In this document: positions 8,600-18,656 of the stretch, piece by piece
Position numbering within the stretch: the stretch's first letter is position 1
How the letters are laid out: the number at the start of each line of letters is the position of its first letter
DNA from: Candidatus Omnitrophota bacterium
Lineage (GTDB): Bacteria; Omnitrophota; Gorgyraeia; Zapsychrales; Zapsychraceae
Direction of reading: 5' to 3'
Assembly (NCBI GenBank): GCA_029261065.1
Contig: JAJDCB010000023.1
Coordinates: 39,682 to 103,681, forward strand
DNA: 64,000 nucleotides
The notes under the pieces: model-generated
What the model saw: the letters and a program-made list of their open reading frames with translations, nothing else
Told to the model about the DNA's origin: nothing
Databases searched by the model: none
Translations under genes and position numbers: made by a program

Positions 8600-10912
8600 A
8601 TGTCTTTCGGATTAATATGGCTTATCAGTATTATAGGAACGGTTATCATTGTTGATAAAAAAAGTCTTCATGGCGGATATATTTTTTTATCGTTAATAAT
8701 TGGTCCCATCGCGTTTATTCTTGTTTTTTTGGCAGAATCTAAAAAAAAGGGTATTGATGATACGCACTTAAATTCTTATAGCGATACAGATGATCAGATA
8801 AGTGCCATAAAACAAAAAGTGGCACAGTTGCAAATACGAATTGAGCAATTGGAGCGGGGCTCCCCGAGTAAGGAAGAAGTTAAGAAGTCCGTTATAGAAC
8901 CAGAAGAAGTACCTGCCTTAAAACCAATTGCTTTAGAAAAAGAAATTGAGCCTCCAAAAGTTATTTATTCTCCCCCAAAAATTTCAAAAGTTGTCACGCA
9001 TGATTATCAGGAGCCTATTAAGAAGAAGGAAACGAAGCGTAATGATTTTGAGATGAATTTTGGTCAGAATTGGTTAAATAAGATTGGTATTGTTATTTTG
9101 ACATTAGGCGTAGGATTTTTAATTCGTCATCAATTTATGTCCACAGGACCCTTGCTTAAAATCGCTCTTGGTTACCTTGTAAGTGTGGGGATGTTTTTTG
9201 GTGGGATTCGTTTAGAGAAGAAAGAAGAGCTTAAGCAATATGGACGCGTGATGATTGGGGGTGCTTGGGCGATCACGTACTTCACCACTTTTGCCATGCA
9301 TCATTTTGATGCTTCACGTATTATTCATAGTCAGCTTGTTGATCTAATTTTGCTTACGATTGTGGCGGCAGGTATGATTATGCATTCTCTAAAATATAAA
9401 TCAGAATCCATGACGGCTATGGCGTTATTTGTAGCTTATGTAACGGGAACGATTGGTCAGATTACGATGTTTACTTTTTTTAGTAGTTTGTTGTTAGCGG
9501 GTGTTGTCTTATTTTTAGTTTATCGTTTTCAGTGGATTAATACGTTGTTGTTAGGCATTGCTCTTTCTTACGGCATTCATTTGTATTGGGTTGGTCCTAA
9601 TATTCTTGATTCTTTGGGTAAGGTTAGTTATTTAGGGCGAGGTTCCTATGATAGTCTTAATGTTTTGCATCTTTTATTTTTGTCGGCTTATTGGATTGTG
9701 TTTACAGCAGGCATTCATCTGATTAAAAGTAATGACAATCAAGAACACTCCAATCGATTGGCTGTTGCCAACTTTAGCAATTTTTCATTATATTTCTTTT
9801 TAACGTATTCGTTAATGACTGAGTTGTTTTATCAGCAGCGATTTATATTTACATTTGGTTTAGGCCTTTTTTATTTGGGAGCAGCTGCTTTATCAAATTT
9901 TTATAAAGATAAAAGACTCTTTCAGAGTAACGTGATCGTCGCGATCTCAGCCCTTACCTTCTCGGTATCCATTCAATTTCTTCCTATGACAACCCTTGTC
10001 TTGTGGCTTATTGAAATTCCTATTCTGTTATTTATGGGTTTAACGTTTAAGCAAACACTTTATCGATATCTTAGTTATCTCTTAAGCGGTGTATGTCTGT
10101 TTCGAATATTCTTTGAATTTCAACTTATGGATAAGTTTGAAGATGTTCAAATTCTATTTTTGTCATTTAGAGGACAAGAGTTTATCCACTTATTAAGTGG
10201 AATTGTAATGGGTGTGTGTTTTATGTTGCTGCATAGTTACCGTTCGAAAATGGAAGGGGATGATTTAGACGATGTGACAAGCCAGTTGTATTCGCTGTTT
10301 TCAGGATTTTTCCTTACGCATTTTATCTACCTTATCACAGATAATTATTGGACACCGTTTGTATTTTCTTTGGAAGCCGCTGTTCTATTTATTTTAGGTC
10401 TTCTTTCAGCATTATCTAGGTTTCGATACTATAGTTATGCTTTGCTGGCGGTTGTTTATGGAGGGTTTTTATTTGAGAGTCATTTTGGGGGAGATCCTTT
10501 TTTAAGTTTGATTATAATCTCAACCATTGTTCTCGTTCCTTTTGCGCTCTATTTTTTAGCTATTGTCGGGCAAAAGAAAGGGTTGCTTACAACGAATGAT
10601 GAAAATGAACCTACACTTTTGTTTTGCGGAGCTGCATTATTTTTGATGACAGCGATATTTAATCATGTGGATGAACAATGGATCACATTGGGGGTAGGTT
10701 TGTCAGGGGTGTTCCTTTTGCTGATTGGTTTTATGCAGAAAGACAAAATTGTGCGTTTAGGCGGTCTCACTTTCTTTGCGGTGACCATGCTGCGTATTGT
10801 CTTTGTTGATATCGCTCACTTAGATGCTATTTATAAAATTATTAGTTTTATTATTTTAGGTGTGCTGTTTTTAGGCGTTTCGTTTATATATAATAAGTTT
10901 ACGAAAGAGTAA
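8600..10912 (+). CDS. DUF2339 family membrane protein
   Basis: FEMNFGQNWLNKIGIVILTLGVGF motif; C-terminal KIISFIILGVLFLGVSFIYNK; many TM helices. Confidence 0.88.
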   Translation: MSFGLIWLISIIGTVIIVDKKSLHGGYIFLSLIIGPIAFILVFLAESKKKGIDDTHLNSYSDTDDQISAIKQKVAQLQIRIEQLERGSPSKEEVKKSVIEPEEVPALKPIALEKEIEPPKVIYSPPKISKVVTHDYQEPIKKKETKRNDFEMNFGQNWLNKIGIVILTLGVGFLIRHQFMSTGPLLKIALGYLVSVGMFFGGIRLEKKEELKQYGRVMIGGAWAITYFTTFAMHHFDASRIIHSQLVDLILLTIVAAGMIMHSLKYKSESMTAMALFVAYVTGTIGQITMFTFFSSLLLAGVVLFLVYRFQWINTLLLGIALSYGIHLYWVGPNILDSLGKVSYLGRGSYDSLNVLHLLFLSAYWIVFTAGIHLIKSNDNQEHSNRLAVANFSNFSLYFFLTYSLMTELFYQQRFIFTFGLGLFYLGAAALSNFYKDKRLFQSNVIVAISALTFSVSIQFLPMTTLVLWLIEIPILLFMGLTFKQTLYRYLSYLLSGVCLFRIFFEFQLMDKFEDVQILFLSFRGQEFIHLLSGIVMGVCFMLLHSYRSKMEGDDLDDVTSQLYSLFSGFFLTHFIYLITDNYWTPFVFSLEAAVLFILGLLSALSRFRYYSYALLAVVYGGFLFESHFGGDPFLSLIIISTIVLVPFALYFLAIVGQKKGLLTTNDENEPTLLFCGAALFLMTAIFNHVDEQWITLGVGLSGVFLLLIGFMQKDKIVRLGGLTFFAVTMLRIVFVDIAHLDAIYKIISFIILGVLFLGVSFIYNKFTKE

Positions 10913-10951
10913 TGAGGGTAGTGGTAGAAATAATGTCGTCCCCGCCTCATC

Positions 10952-11052
10952 TGTCATTCCCGCGCCCGCCTGCCGGCAGGCAGGAAAGCGGGAATCTATT
11001 AATATTAAAAAAGTATTGGGATTCCAGTTGTCACGGGAATGACAACTGGAAT
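10952..11052. repeat. REP doublet; the first copy carries a 20-nt insertion in its loop
   Basis: TGTCATTCCCGCG[CCCGCCTGCCGGCAGGCAGG]AAAGCGGGAATCTA, then the inverted partner GGGATTCCAGTTGTCACGGGAATGACA. Confidence 0.85.
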
Positions 11053-11100
11053 TTGAATAATTATGAATCATGATAAAAAACAACAACAAAAGAGGCTACT

Positions 11101-11772
11101 ATGGATAATCAAGAATTAAACTCCGTTTGGAAAACAATGTCACACTTATTGCGTTCTCATCCTTGGCATGGCATTCCGATTGGGGAGGAGGCGCCGCAGA
11201 TTGTGAACACTTATATTGAGACGGTTCCAACAGATACGGTTAAATATGAGATTGATAAGAAAAGTGGTTTCTTAAAAGTGGATCGTCCTCAAAAATATTC
11301 TAATATTTGTCCAACTCTTTATGGATTTATCCCACAAACCTATTGTGGCAGGAGAATCGCAGAGTTTTGTCAAGAACACACAAAACGTCCAGAGGTTGTT
11401 GGTGATGACGATCCGTTAGATATTTGTGTTTTAACGGAGAAGACCATTAGTCATGGCGATATTATGGTGCGCGCGATTCCTATAGGTGGATTTCGGATGA
11501 TTGATCGTGGTCAGGCGGATGATAAAATTATTGCCGTCATGCATGGTGATGGTCTTTATAGCCAGTGGCAAAGCATAGACGATTGTCCGACAGCGTTTAT
11601 TGATCGATTAAGACATTATTTTTTGACTTATAAAGATCTTCCTGATTCCACAGATCCTATTTGTGAAATCACGCATACCTATAATCAGAAAGAGGCACTT
11701 GAAATTATTAAAAGAAGTCGAGATGATTATAAAGAGGAATTTTCAGATCTTTCAGATATGATGGGTGGTTAA
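11101..11772 (+). CDS. ppa: Family I inorganic pyrophosphatase
   Basis: HPWH, KYEIDK, YGFIPQT, GDDDPLDI, MIDRGQADDKII motifs. Confidence 0.95.
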   Translation: MDNQELNSVWKTMSHLLRSHPWHGIPIGEEAPQIVNTYIETVPTDTVKYEIDKKSGFLKVDRPQKYSNICPTLYGFIPQTYCGRRIAEFCQEHTKRPEVVGDDDPLDICVLTEKTISHGDIMVRAIPIGGFRMIDRGQADDKIIAVMHGDGLYSQWQSIDDCPTAFIDRLRHYFLTYKDLPDSTDPICEITHTYNQKEALEIIKRSRDDYKEEFSDLSDMMGG

Positions 11773-11773
11773 G

Positions 11774-12049
11774 CTATGTTTTGTTTTTCTTAAGTTGATC
11801 TTTCATGCGTTGCTTAGCTTCATCGGAAAGGTGGGAGTTGCAGGATGTCAAAGGGGGTTCTTCTGATTTGGCTTTTTTGGACAGGAGCTCATTTAAACTT
11901 GATAGTTGTTTAGCAACCTGGGCACAAGCTTTACAAAGAAATAAATGCATTTTAAGTAGAATGCGTTTGTGTGTGCTTAAAGGATGTTCAAGCTGTTCAC
12001 TTATTAACCTAGAAGCCTCTTTGCAATTGATCATGAATATATTTTTCAT
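11774..12049 (-). CDS. zf-HC2 anti-sigma factor
   Basis: C…HLFLCKAC (HxxxCxxC) motif; lies downstream of the ECF sigma; start set to ATG 12049. Confidence 0.85.
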   Translation of the reverse strand: MKNIFMINCKEASRLISEQLEHPLSTHKRILLKMHLFLCKACAQVAKQLSSLNELLSKKAKSEEPPLTSCNSHLSDEAKQRMKDQLKKNKT

Positions 12050-12053
12050 CGTA

Positions 12054-12084
12054 GTTTTGTCGAACGTAAGGCGCAAACCTTACA
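12054..12084 (-). promoter_or_regulatory. Candidate ECF sigma promoter TGTAAGG-N15-CGACAAAAC (anti-sigma gene)
   Basis: Identical 7+9 nt boxes with identical spacing to the copy at 12800-12830. Confidence 0.7.
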
Positions 12085-12090
12085 CCTTTT

Positions 12091-12672
12091 TTATTTAAAC
12101 CAATTTTCTTCCAGGCACTCTCTTAACTGCAGTCTTGCTCGATGTAGCAGAACCCAAAAATTAGAAGAAGAAATATTAAGGGTTTTGCAGACCTCTTTAC
12201 CATCCAGTTTTTCAACTTCACGCAATACAAACGCATCACGAGCATTAGAAGATAATTTTGTTAAACAGTTTTGGAATGTACCCCAAAACTCTTTATTTTC
12301 AAGGAGTTGTGATGGATTAAACTCCCAGGACTTTGGGGAATTTTTAAGATGAGTGGTGCGATCAAAAAATTGATCAATGGCTTGTTCATCGCCTGTAATG
12401 TCGGTGACAGGTTTTTCTCGGTAATTTTTACGAAAATGATCAATGATTTTATGCTTAAGAATGCCAATCAGCCATGTTCGTTCTGTTGATTTTCCTGAAA
12501 AACTATTAATGCTCTGAAAAGCAGCCAATAATGTCTCTTGAACGGCATTCTCGGCATTGGTGCTATTGCGTAGTCGCCCTAAGGCGAAATTGTAGAGATA
12601 ATCGCCATATTTATCTACCCATTGCTCAGGATTGAGGGATGGTTTCTCTGTATTTTGAGATAATTGTGACAT
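12091..12672 (-). CDS. ECF RNA polymerase sigma-70 factor
   Basis: Region 2 AENAVQETLLAA…ERTWLIGILKHKIIDHFR; region 4 NFWVLLHRARLQLRECLE. Confidence 0.93.
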   Translation of the reverse strand: MSQLSQNTEKPSLNPEQWVDKYGDYLYNFALGRLRNSTNAENAVQETLLAAFQSINSFSGKSTERTWLIGILKHKIIDHFRKNYREKPVTDITGDEQAIDQFFDRTTHLKNSPKSWEFNPSQLLENKEFWGTFQNCLTKLSSNARDAFVLREVEKLDGKEVCKTLNISSSNFWVLLHRARLQLRECLEENWFK

Positions 12673-12799
12673 AAGTTGTTTATTTTGATAAAATTGTGAA
12701 AATCTACATTACCAATCTAGCAAAGAATATTGTTTCCTGCAATGGAAATAATAAGGGATCCAATTGTGTTATAAAGGGTGGAAGCATTTTTAATGAATT

Positions 12800-12830
12800 T
12801 GTAAGGAATGCACATCTTAAGCGACAAAAC
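12800..12830 (+). promoter_or_regulatory. Candidate ECF sigma promoter TGTAAGG-N15-CGACAAAAC (VTT/flavoprotein operon)
   Basis: Second exact copy of both boxes, 40 nt upstream of the 12871 start. Confidence 0.7.
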
Positions 12831-12870
12831 GTTAGTCATTTGGAAAATTTGAGCTAAAGAAAGGAAAAAT

Positions 12871-13566
12871 ATGAAATTTAAAAAGATACTGATTTTTGTT
12901 GTTGTGGCAGCTGTTCTTGGAGCTATTGGTTATGGTATTATTCAGCACTATCAACACTGTCAGCAATGTTTTAATATTAAATCGATCAATGCTGATGTTG
13001 TTCGTCATTTTATTGAAGGATTCGGAAATTGGTCATTTATCGTTTATATTCTCTTATATGTCGCCAACACATTTACACCATTTCTTCCTCCTATCGGATT
13101 TTTATCTTTAGCTGCCGGCGTTCTTTTCGGTCCTTTTGGCGGTACTATTGCTTTGACTTTAGGAACTTGGGCTGGAACAACAGCTGCCTTTTTTACAGCG
13201 CGTTATATTGCACGTCCTTGGGTTGAAAAACTTTTACAAGGAAAAGGGGACGCCATTAATCAAAAGTTAAGCAAAAATGGTTTTTTAATTCTCCTTCCTA
13301 TGCGTCTTGTTGGTTTGCCTCCTTATGGCATAATTGATTTTATCTGCGGTATCTCAAAAATGAAATATAGAGAGTTTGTTTTAGCCACCATGATTGGGGC
13401 TGCTCCTTGGATTATAGTGCAAGTTTTATTAGCGGATCGTTTTGCGAATTTTAATCCCAAAGATCCTGTCATGTGGGGATTATTGTTAGCATTTGTTTTA
13501 ATGATTGTGGTTACAGGGAAAATTGTTAAGAAGCAGCAGGAAAAAGAAGCGATAGAAAGTAAGTAG
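12871..13566 (+). CDS. TVP38/TMEM64 (VTT/DedA superfamily) membrane protein
   Basis: LSLAAGVLFGPFGG, AFFTARY, MRLVGLPPYGIIDFICG motifs. Confidence 0.9.
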   Translation: MKFKKILIFVVVAAVLGAIGYGIIQHYQHCQQCFNIKSINADVVRHFIEGFGNWSFIVYILLYVANTFTPFLPPIGFLSLAAGVLFGPFGGTIALTLGTWAGTTAAFFTARYIARPWVEKLLQGKGDAINQKLSKNGFLILLPMRLVGLPPYGIIDFICGISKMKYREFVLATMIGAAPWIIVQVLLADRFANFNPKDPVMWGLLLAFVLMIVVTGKIVKKQQEKEAIESK

Positions 13567-13603
13567 AAGTTGAAGTTTAAGAATAAAAAGAAAGGATTAT
13601 GAT

Positions 13604-15043
13604 ATGCCTAAATATGACTATGATTTAATCGCCATCGGTGGAGGGGCTGCTGGTTTAACAGCTTCAACATTCGCGGGACAATCTGCCGCTAAAACGCTTT
13701 TAATAGAGAAGGAAAAGAAGTTGGGGGGAGATTGTCTGCATTTTGGTTGTGTGCCATCAAAGTCATTAATTAAGAGCGGGTATGCTTATAATGTATTGAG
13801 AAATTCAGAAAAATATGGATTGCCGAAGGTTGATCTACCCAAAGTCGATTTTAAGAAAGTGGCTGGCCGTATCCAAGGCATTATCGATACCATTCAAGAG
13901 CATGATGAACCCGAATATCTGGATAAAAAATATAATGTGGAAACACAATTTGGCTCTCCTAAATTTTTAGATAGCCATACCATCGAACTTAATGGCAAAA
14001 AGATCACCTCTCGATTTTTTGTTTTGGCCATGGGTTCATCCGCATTTATTCCACCTATCGAAGGGATTAATGATGTTCCCTACATTACCAATGTTGAAAT
14101 ATTTTCCTTAGACAAGCTTCCTGACTCCTTGATTGTTTTAGGAGGTGGCCCTATAGGTATGGAGATGGCTCAATCTTTTGCCCGCTTGGGATCTAAAGTC
14201 ACGGTTGTAGAATATGCTCCGCGTGTGTTGGCGCGGGAAGATGAGGATATTTCAAAGTTTATTGGTGAGGTGCTTGTTAAAGAAGGCGTTGATTTACGTT
14301 TGGGAACAAAGGCGGTTAAGGCTGAGAAGAAAGGTGATAAAATTAAATTAACAGTTGAGAAAGACGGCAAGCAAAGTAGTCTTGAGGCTGATCAAGTTCT
14401 TGTGGCAACAGGACGAAAGCCAAACGTAGAAGGACTGGATCTTGAAAATGCAGGGGTTACGTATACAAAGAAGGGAATTCCTGTTGATGCGAAGATGCGA
14501 ACATCCGTTAAACATATTTATGCCTGTGGCGATATCAACGGAAGTTTTCCGTTTACACATGTCGCAAGTTATGAGGCTGTTGTTGCAATTTATAATGCTA
14601 TTCTAAAGATCCCAAAGAAAGCGGATTACACTCATGTTCCTTGGGTCACTTATTTAGATCCTGAAGTCGCTTCAATTGGATTAAATGAAACGCGAGCGAA
14701 GGAAGCGGGAATTGAATATGTCGCGCATGTTGAAACCCTCAATCATAATGATCGCGCTTTAGCTGAAGGCGAAAATCATGGGTTTATTAAAATTATTTTA
14801 AATAAAAAAGGACAAGTGATTGGTGTTCAAATCGTTGGTTATCACGCTGGTGATCTGCTTTCAGAATGGATTCCTATTTTAAATGGCAAAGTAAAGTTAT
14901 CTGTCATCACCGATGCCATGCATCCTTATCCAACTATGGCAGAGATTAATAAAAATTCGAGTGTGAATTATTTAGTCTCAACGATTCCTGGTTGGACTAA
15001 AAAATTAACAAAGATGCTTTTTGGGTATCAAGGTAAGATTTAA
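13604..15043 (+). CDS. Class I pyridine nucleotide-disulfide oxidoreductase (dihydrolipoamide dehydrogenase / MerA-like)
   Basis: GGGAAG FAD motif, GGDCLHFGCVPSK redox disulfide, GGGPIG, HPYPTMAE; no C-terminal Cys pair. Confidence 0.92.
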   Translation: MPKYDYDLIAIGGGAAGLTASTFAGQSAAKTLLIEKEKKLGGDCLHFGCVPSKSLIKSGYAYNVLRNSEKYGLPKVDLPKVDFKKVAGRIQGIIDTIQEHDEPEYLDKKYNVETQFGSPKFLDSHTIELNGKKITSRFFVLAMGSSAFIPPIEGINDVPYITNVEIFSLDKLPDSLIVLGGGPIGMEMAQSFARLGSKVTVVEYAPRVLAREDEDISKFIGEVLVKEGVDLRLGTKAVKAEKKGDKIKLTVEKDGKQSSLEADQVLVATGRKPNVEGLDLENAGVTYTKKGIPVDAKMRTSVKHIYACGDINGSFPFTHVASYEAVVAIYNAILKIPKKADYTHVPWVTYLDPEVASIGLNETRAKEAGIEYVAHVETLNHNDRALAEGENHGFIKIILNKKGQVIGVQIVGYHAGDLLSEWIPILNGKVKLSVITDAMHPYPTMAEINKNSSVNYLVSTIPGWTKKLTKMLFGYQGKI

Positions 15044-16536
15044 GGTTTGAATTTAGCTATCATTTTGTATTGTGCGTTTTGAAGAAGGGCGGCTAGTGAT
15101 ATCAGATAAAGTGGAATGAGTGGATAGATATAGCGTGCTAGTGTGAAAAAGATAGAGTAGGCTGCGATAAAACAAACGATAAAAAATAAGATGTTCGCAT
15201 AGATTAGATTCTCGGCGACTAATTGTTTAGATTTTATGTAACACGAGATTAGTAGATAAGTTTTAATGAGTAAAAATATGATGGCCCCAAATGTCAAAAT
15301 AGGCATTGTAAAAAAGATTCCGTAATTATAAGGTTTGAATTTATAAAGGCTAAGAATGGCTTTGGGATAGTTAACGTAGGCGGTGATGGCTGATTCCCAA
15401 AAATACATTTTTAGCGTCTCCACTCCTGTAAAAAAAGCATACTGTATCGGATTCCCAATAGCGCGTCGAATGGCAAATTCGATAAGTTTTTTGTTTTGTT
15501 CATCTGGATTTAAATTTTTCTCATCCAACATTCTCCGCATTTTAACTCCTATTTCATCAGAAGTTAAATAAGACCAGTAATTGCATTCTTGTGGGTTTGT
15601 TACAGAATGACAAAATCCCCATCCAGGTACAAAAGCAATCCCAGCCCAAAACCTTTCGGATGTGAGTTTCCCTGTCCGTCGAGCTGTATTTCCATATAAA
15701 GCCCAAGCGCCGCGATCCGTTATCGTAAAATTTCCGTTCAGAGACTTATTAATGTTTTTATATAGACAGATGATGCCTTGGTAGGCAGATAAAAAAATAA
15801 TGATAAATATAAACAACTTCTTAACCGCTTTGTAATTTTGATTAATCAATGAAATTAAACAAGCAAGACAAAAGGGGATGATATATAAAAGGAATACCAG
15901 CTCACCAATTCCTTTGACAAAGGTGAACATACTAAATGTGATGGCTAGAAGGACGGAGGGTATGATAAGTTTTTTTGGATTTGTTTCTTTAGTATCCATT
16001 AATATTTTTGAGGCACAAAGACTTGCAAGAACGATAAGCAGGATGAAAGGATATGTTAAAATTTCTGAATAGAGACGTAAAGCGGTATTGGTGGTTGTGG
16101 GAGAAAATCCTAGATAGAGAATGACGCAAGATGAATAAAAATTATTGACCTTTAATTTGCGTAAAAGTAAGAGGGTTAGGATTTGTGTGCTAAAAAGTAT
16201 CGCAAATTGATAGAGAACTTGAATTTTTTGATAGGATATTGAAAGGTAAGACCCAATCCGCATAGATATAGAAATTAAAAAAGGGTAAAAAGGCTCGCGG
16301 TTGGGCCCAGTTTCTATATAGGCCTTCCATCCTTGATCAACAAGCAATTGTCCTAATTCTTCATACCCAATGGCATCATGCATGATGATCATCGATGTAC
16401 TAACCCCGAGATAAATCCAATAGAAAAAACATGCCGCAAGAGATACGAGAATGGCAGGAGAAAATAGCTCTTTTAAGTGTTTCATCGGCTCTATTATATA
16501 CGGAGTTAATGCTTTTGGTGAATATTTATTCGCCAT
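15040..16536 (-). CDS. Polytopic membrane protein, probable GT-C fold glycosyltransferase
   Basis: HDAIGY, REPFYP, LYSEIL, ARYIYP motifs across about 10 TM helices. Confidence 0.65.
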   Translation of the reverse strand: MANKYSPKALTPYIIEPMKHLKELFSPAILVSLAACFFYWIYLGVSTSMIIMHDAIGYEELGQLLVDQGWKAYIETGPNREPFYPFLISISMRIGSYLSISYQKIQVLYQFAILFSTQILTLLLLRKLKVNNFYSSCVILYLGFSPTTTNTALRLYSEILTYPFILLIVLASLCASKILMDTKETNPKKLIIPSVLLAITFSMFTFVKGIGELVFLLYIIPFCLACLISLINQNYKAVKKLFIFIIIFLSAYQGIICLYKNINKSLNGNFTITDRGAWALYGNTARRTGKLTSERFWAGIAFVPGWGFCHSVTNPQECNYWSYLTSDEIGVKMRRMLDEKNLNPDEQNKKLIEFAIRRAIGNPIQYAFFTGVETLKMYFWESAITAYVNYPKAILSLYKFKPYNYGIFFTMPILTFGAIIFLLIKTYLLISCYIKSKQLVAENLIYANILFFIVCFIAAYSIFFTLARYIYPLIPLYLISLAALLQNAQYKMIAKFKP

Positions 16537-16592
16537 TTTTAAACAATAGGGTATATAATGTCGGGAAAGTACCCCTTTAAAAAGTATGTGTT

Positions 16593-18656
16593 ATGACCAT
16601 TTTTAACAAAGCCAAAAACTCCCATTCCTTTTTTTCAATATCCTTTCATTCTGTTATTCTTATTTTTTCATTTTTTATATGGTGTTATCTATTTCGTGGA
16701 TATTTAAGCGGTGAGTTTTTACTCGAATTGGATGCGAAGTCTTATTATGAAAATTTTAAGTTTTTTTTGGATAATTTAAGCCGTGGTGTTTACCCCTTGT
16801 GGAATCCCGAAACGTTTGATGGCATGCCCAATGACTTTTTCTTAAGACGGATTGGCGAACACAATCCCTTTTATTATGTGATGGCCATAGCAATGGCAGA
16901 GGGAGTAAGTTTTTCTTTTTGTTACTTTTCTTTTTTGGCAGGGTATTTTTTCTTAGGCATAATAGGGTTTTATCGTTTGAGTATCCTGATTTTTAAGGAT
17001 AAGGATTTGGCCTTGGTGGCAAGTTTACTATTAATGTTTTCAGGTTTTGCCGGTATTTTATTTAAATCCTTTCTAATTCTTTTGTTTGTTCCTATGGTTT
17101 GGTTTTTTGTTTTCCTCCTTGATTTTGTACGGCGACAATCACGCATGGCATTTCTCGGAATGATTTTAACGTTAATGATTACATCCTCCACATATATCCC
17201 TTTTTATTTTCTTACCATTTTTTTATCTTTTTTGATTTTTTGGGGTGTTGTTTATCGAAAAGATGTGAAGAGCGTTTTAAAAGTATTTTTTGAATTTATG
17301 AGCACTCAACGATTACTCTTTGGTTTTAGCGTTGTTTCATTGATTCTAGCGTTGATTCCTGGCGTAACATTTTTTTGGGAAGTCAGTCGAGGAGATATGG
17401 TTTTTCCTGTAAGGCATTTGGCCTCGGGTAATGCTCATGCTTTAACGGTGAATGTGCAGTCTAGTGCTCACGGCGGTTTACCAGGGGGGGATGTTTGGCA
17501 GATGTTGTTCGGTGATTGGAAGAATATGACATTAGGTCGAATATATGTCCCCCTCGTGACGTACATACTTTTTTTATTAGGGTTTTTTACCCGAGTGACC
17601 CGTTTGGCAATCTTATTTGTTATGTGGTTTACGTTCATGTTTTTGTTATGTGTTTACGATGCTGGGCCAATTTATCAATGGTTATATAAATACGTTTTTT
17701 ACTTTAAATATTTTAGAAATTTTCATTTTTTTATTTGGTTAATACTAATTCCTTTGTTTATTTTGTTAAGTGTTGAACAATTGAAAGTCTTCTTAGCGCA
17801 ACGTGGCCGAGGTAAATTAGTTCAACAATATACACCTTGGAAGCTCATTGTAATCTCTTTTGTCATTCTTGCTGAGCCTGTTTGGGTATTCTCAAGTCTG
17901 CATAACAATGCTCCCAAAAGAATAGATCCGTATACATACGATAAACCCTATCTTGATTTTTCTTATTTGCGAAAAAGAAAGGGGTCGAGAAAAATTTGGA
18001 ATGCTGATTATGAGGCAGGCAAGCGTACTGTCTTAAAAAATCCTTATAAAGCTCAATCCATTTATTTTGGAACGAGTCATTATAATTTTTTGCGATCTAA
18101 TGTAAAAGACTTGGTTTTCTATGAGTATATGCGTTTTAAATTTTTATTATACGATGCTGTAGAGGTTATTAAAGATGCGCCTTTTGATGCAGCTCATATT
18201 TCTTTCTGGATTGATATCCAGCAAAGAATACAACAGAACCTTGCAACAGCACAAAATAGGGCGTTTGTTTCAGCAGGGGAAGATTTTAAGTTTGAAAATG
18301 TAGTAAATCCTGCACAACATGTTTTATCTGTTGAGAGTCCTTCAGAAAAATTTAAAGTCCTGGATTACAATGTTAATCACATTCGTTTAAAAACAAATTT
18401 TTCTACACAGAAGTTCTTAGTCTTTAACGATAATTACTATAAGGGATGGCGTGCTTTTATAAATGATCAGCCTGTGACCATTTGGCGAAGTAATATTGCA
18501 TATAAAGGAATATCGTTACCTCGGGGGGAGAATGTCGTCTTGTTTCGGTATGGATCGATTTTTGTTATTTTGTTTAACTATGTTTTAACATTTCTTATAG
18601 GGTTTATATTATTTTTGATGTGGAGAATGTATGGTCAAGAAAAAAAAAGGCGTTAA
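16593..18656 (+). CDS. YfhO family membrane protein (GT-C-like)
   Basis: GVYPLWNP…GMP and C-terminal DNYYKGWRAFIND…SNIAYKGISLPRGENVV. Confidence 0.8.
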   Translation: MTIFNKAKNSHSFFSISFHSVILIFSFFIWCYLFRGYLSGEFLLELDAKSYYENFKFFLDNLSRGVYPLWNPETFDGMPNDFFLRRIGEHNPFYYVMAIAMAEGVSFSFCYFSFLAGYFFLGIIGFYRLSILIFKDKDLALVASLLLMFSGFAGILFKSFLILLFVPMVWFFVFLLDFVRRQSRMAFLGMILTLMITSSTYIPFYFLTIFLSFLIFWGVVYRKDVKSVLKVFFEFMSTQRLLFGFSVVSLILALIPGVTFFWEVSRGDMVFPVRHLASGNAHALTVNVQSSAHGGLPGGDVWQMLFGDWKNMTLGRIYVPLVTYILFLLGFFTRVTRLAILFVMWFTFMFLLCVYDAGPIYQWLYKYVFYFKYFRNFHFFIWLILIPLFILLSVEQLKVFLAQRGRGKLVQQYTPWKLIVISFVILAEPVWVFSSLHNNAPKRIDPYTYDKPYLDFSYLRKRKGSRKIWNADYEAGKRTVLKNPYKAQSIYFGTSHYNFLRSNVKDLVFYEYMRFKFLLYDAVEVIKDAPFDAAHISFWIDIQQRIQQNLATAQNRAFVSAGEDFKFENVVNPAQHVLSVESPSEKFKVLDYNVNHIRLKTNFSTQKFLVFNDNYYKGWRAFINDQPVTIWRSNIAYKGISLPRGENVVLFRYGSIFVILFNYVLTFLIGFILFLMWRMYGQEKKRR

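Noticed and set aside
10871-11089. 72-aa minus-strand ORF
   Set aside because: Its sequence (…FPACRQAGAGMT…) is a translation of the REP and its insert, and it overlaps the DUF2339 gene end.
13604-15043. Mercuric reductase MerA
   Set aside because: Lacks the C-terminal Cys-Cys pair and the N-terminal HMA domain; no mer operon context.
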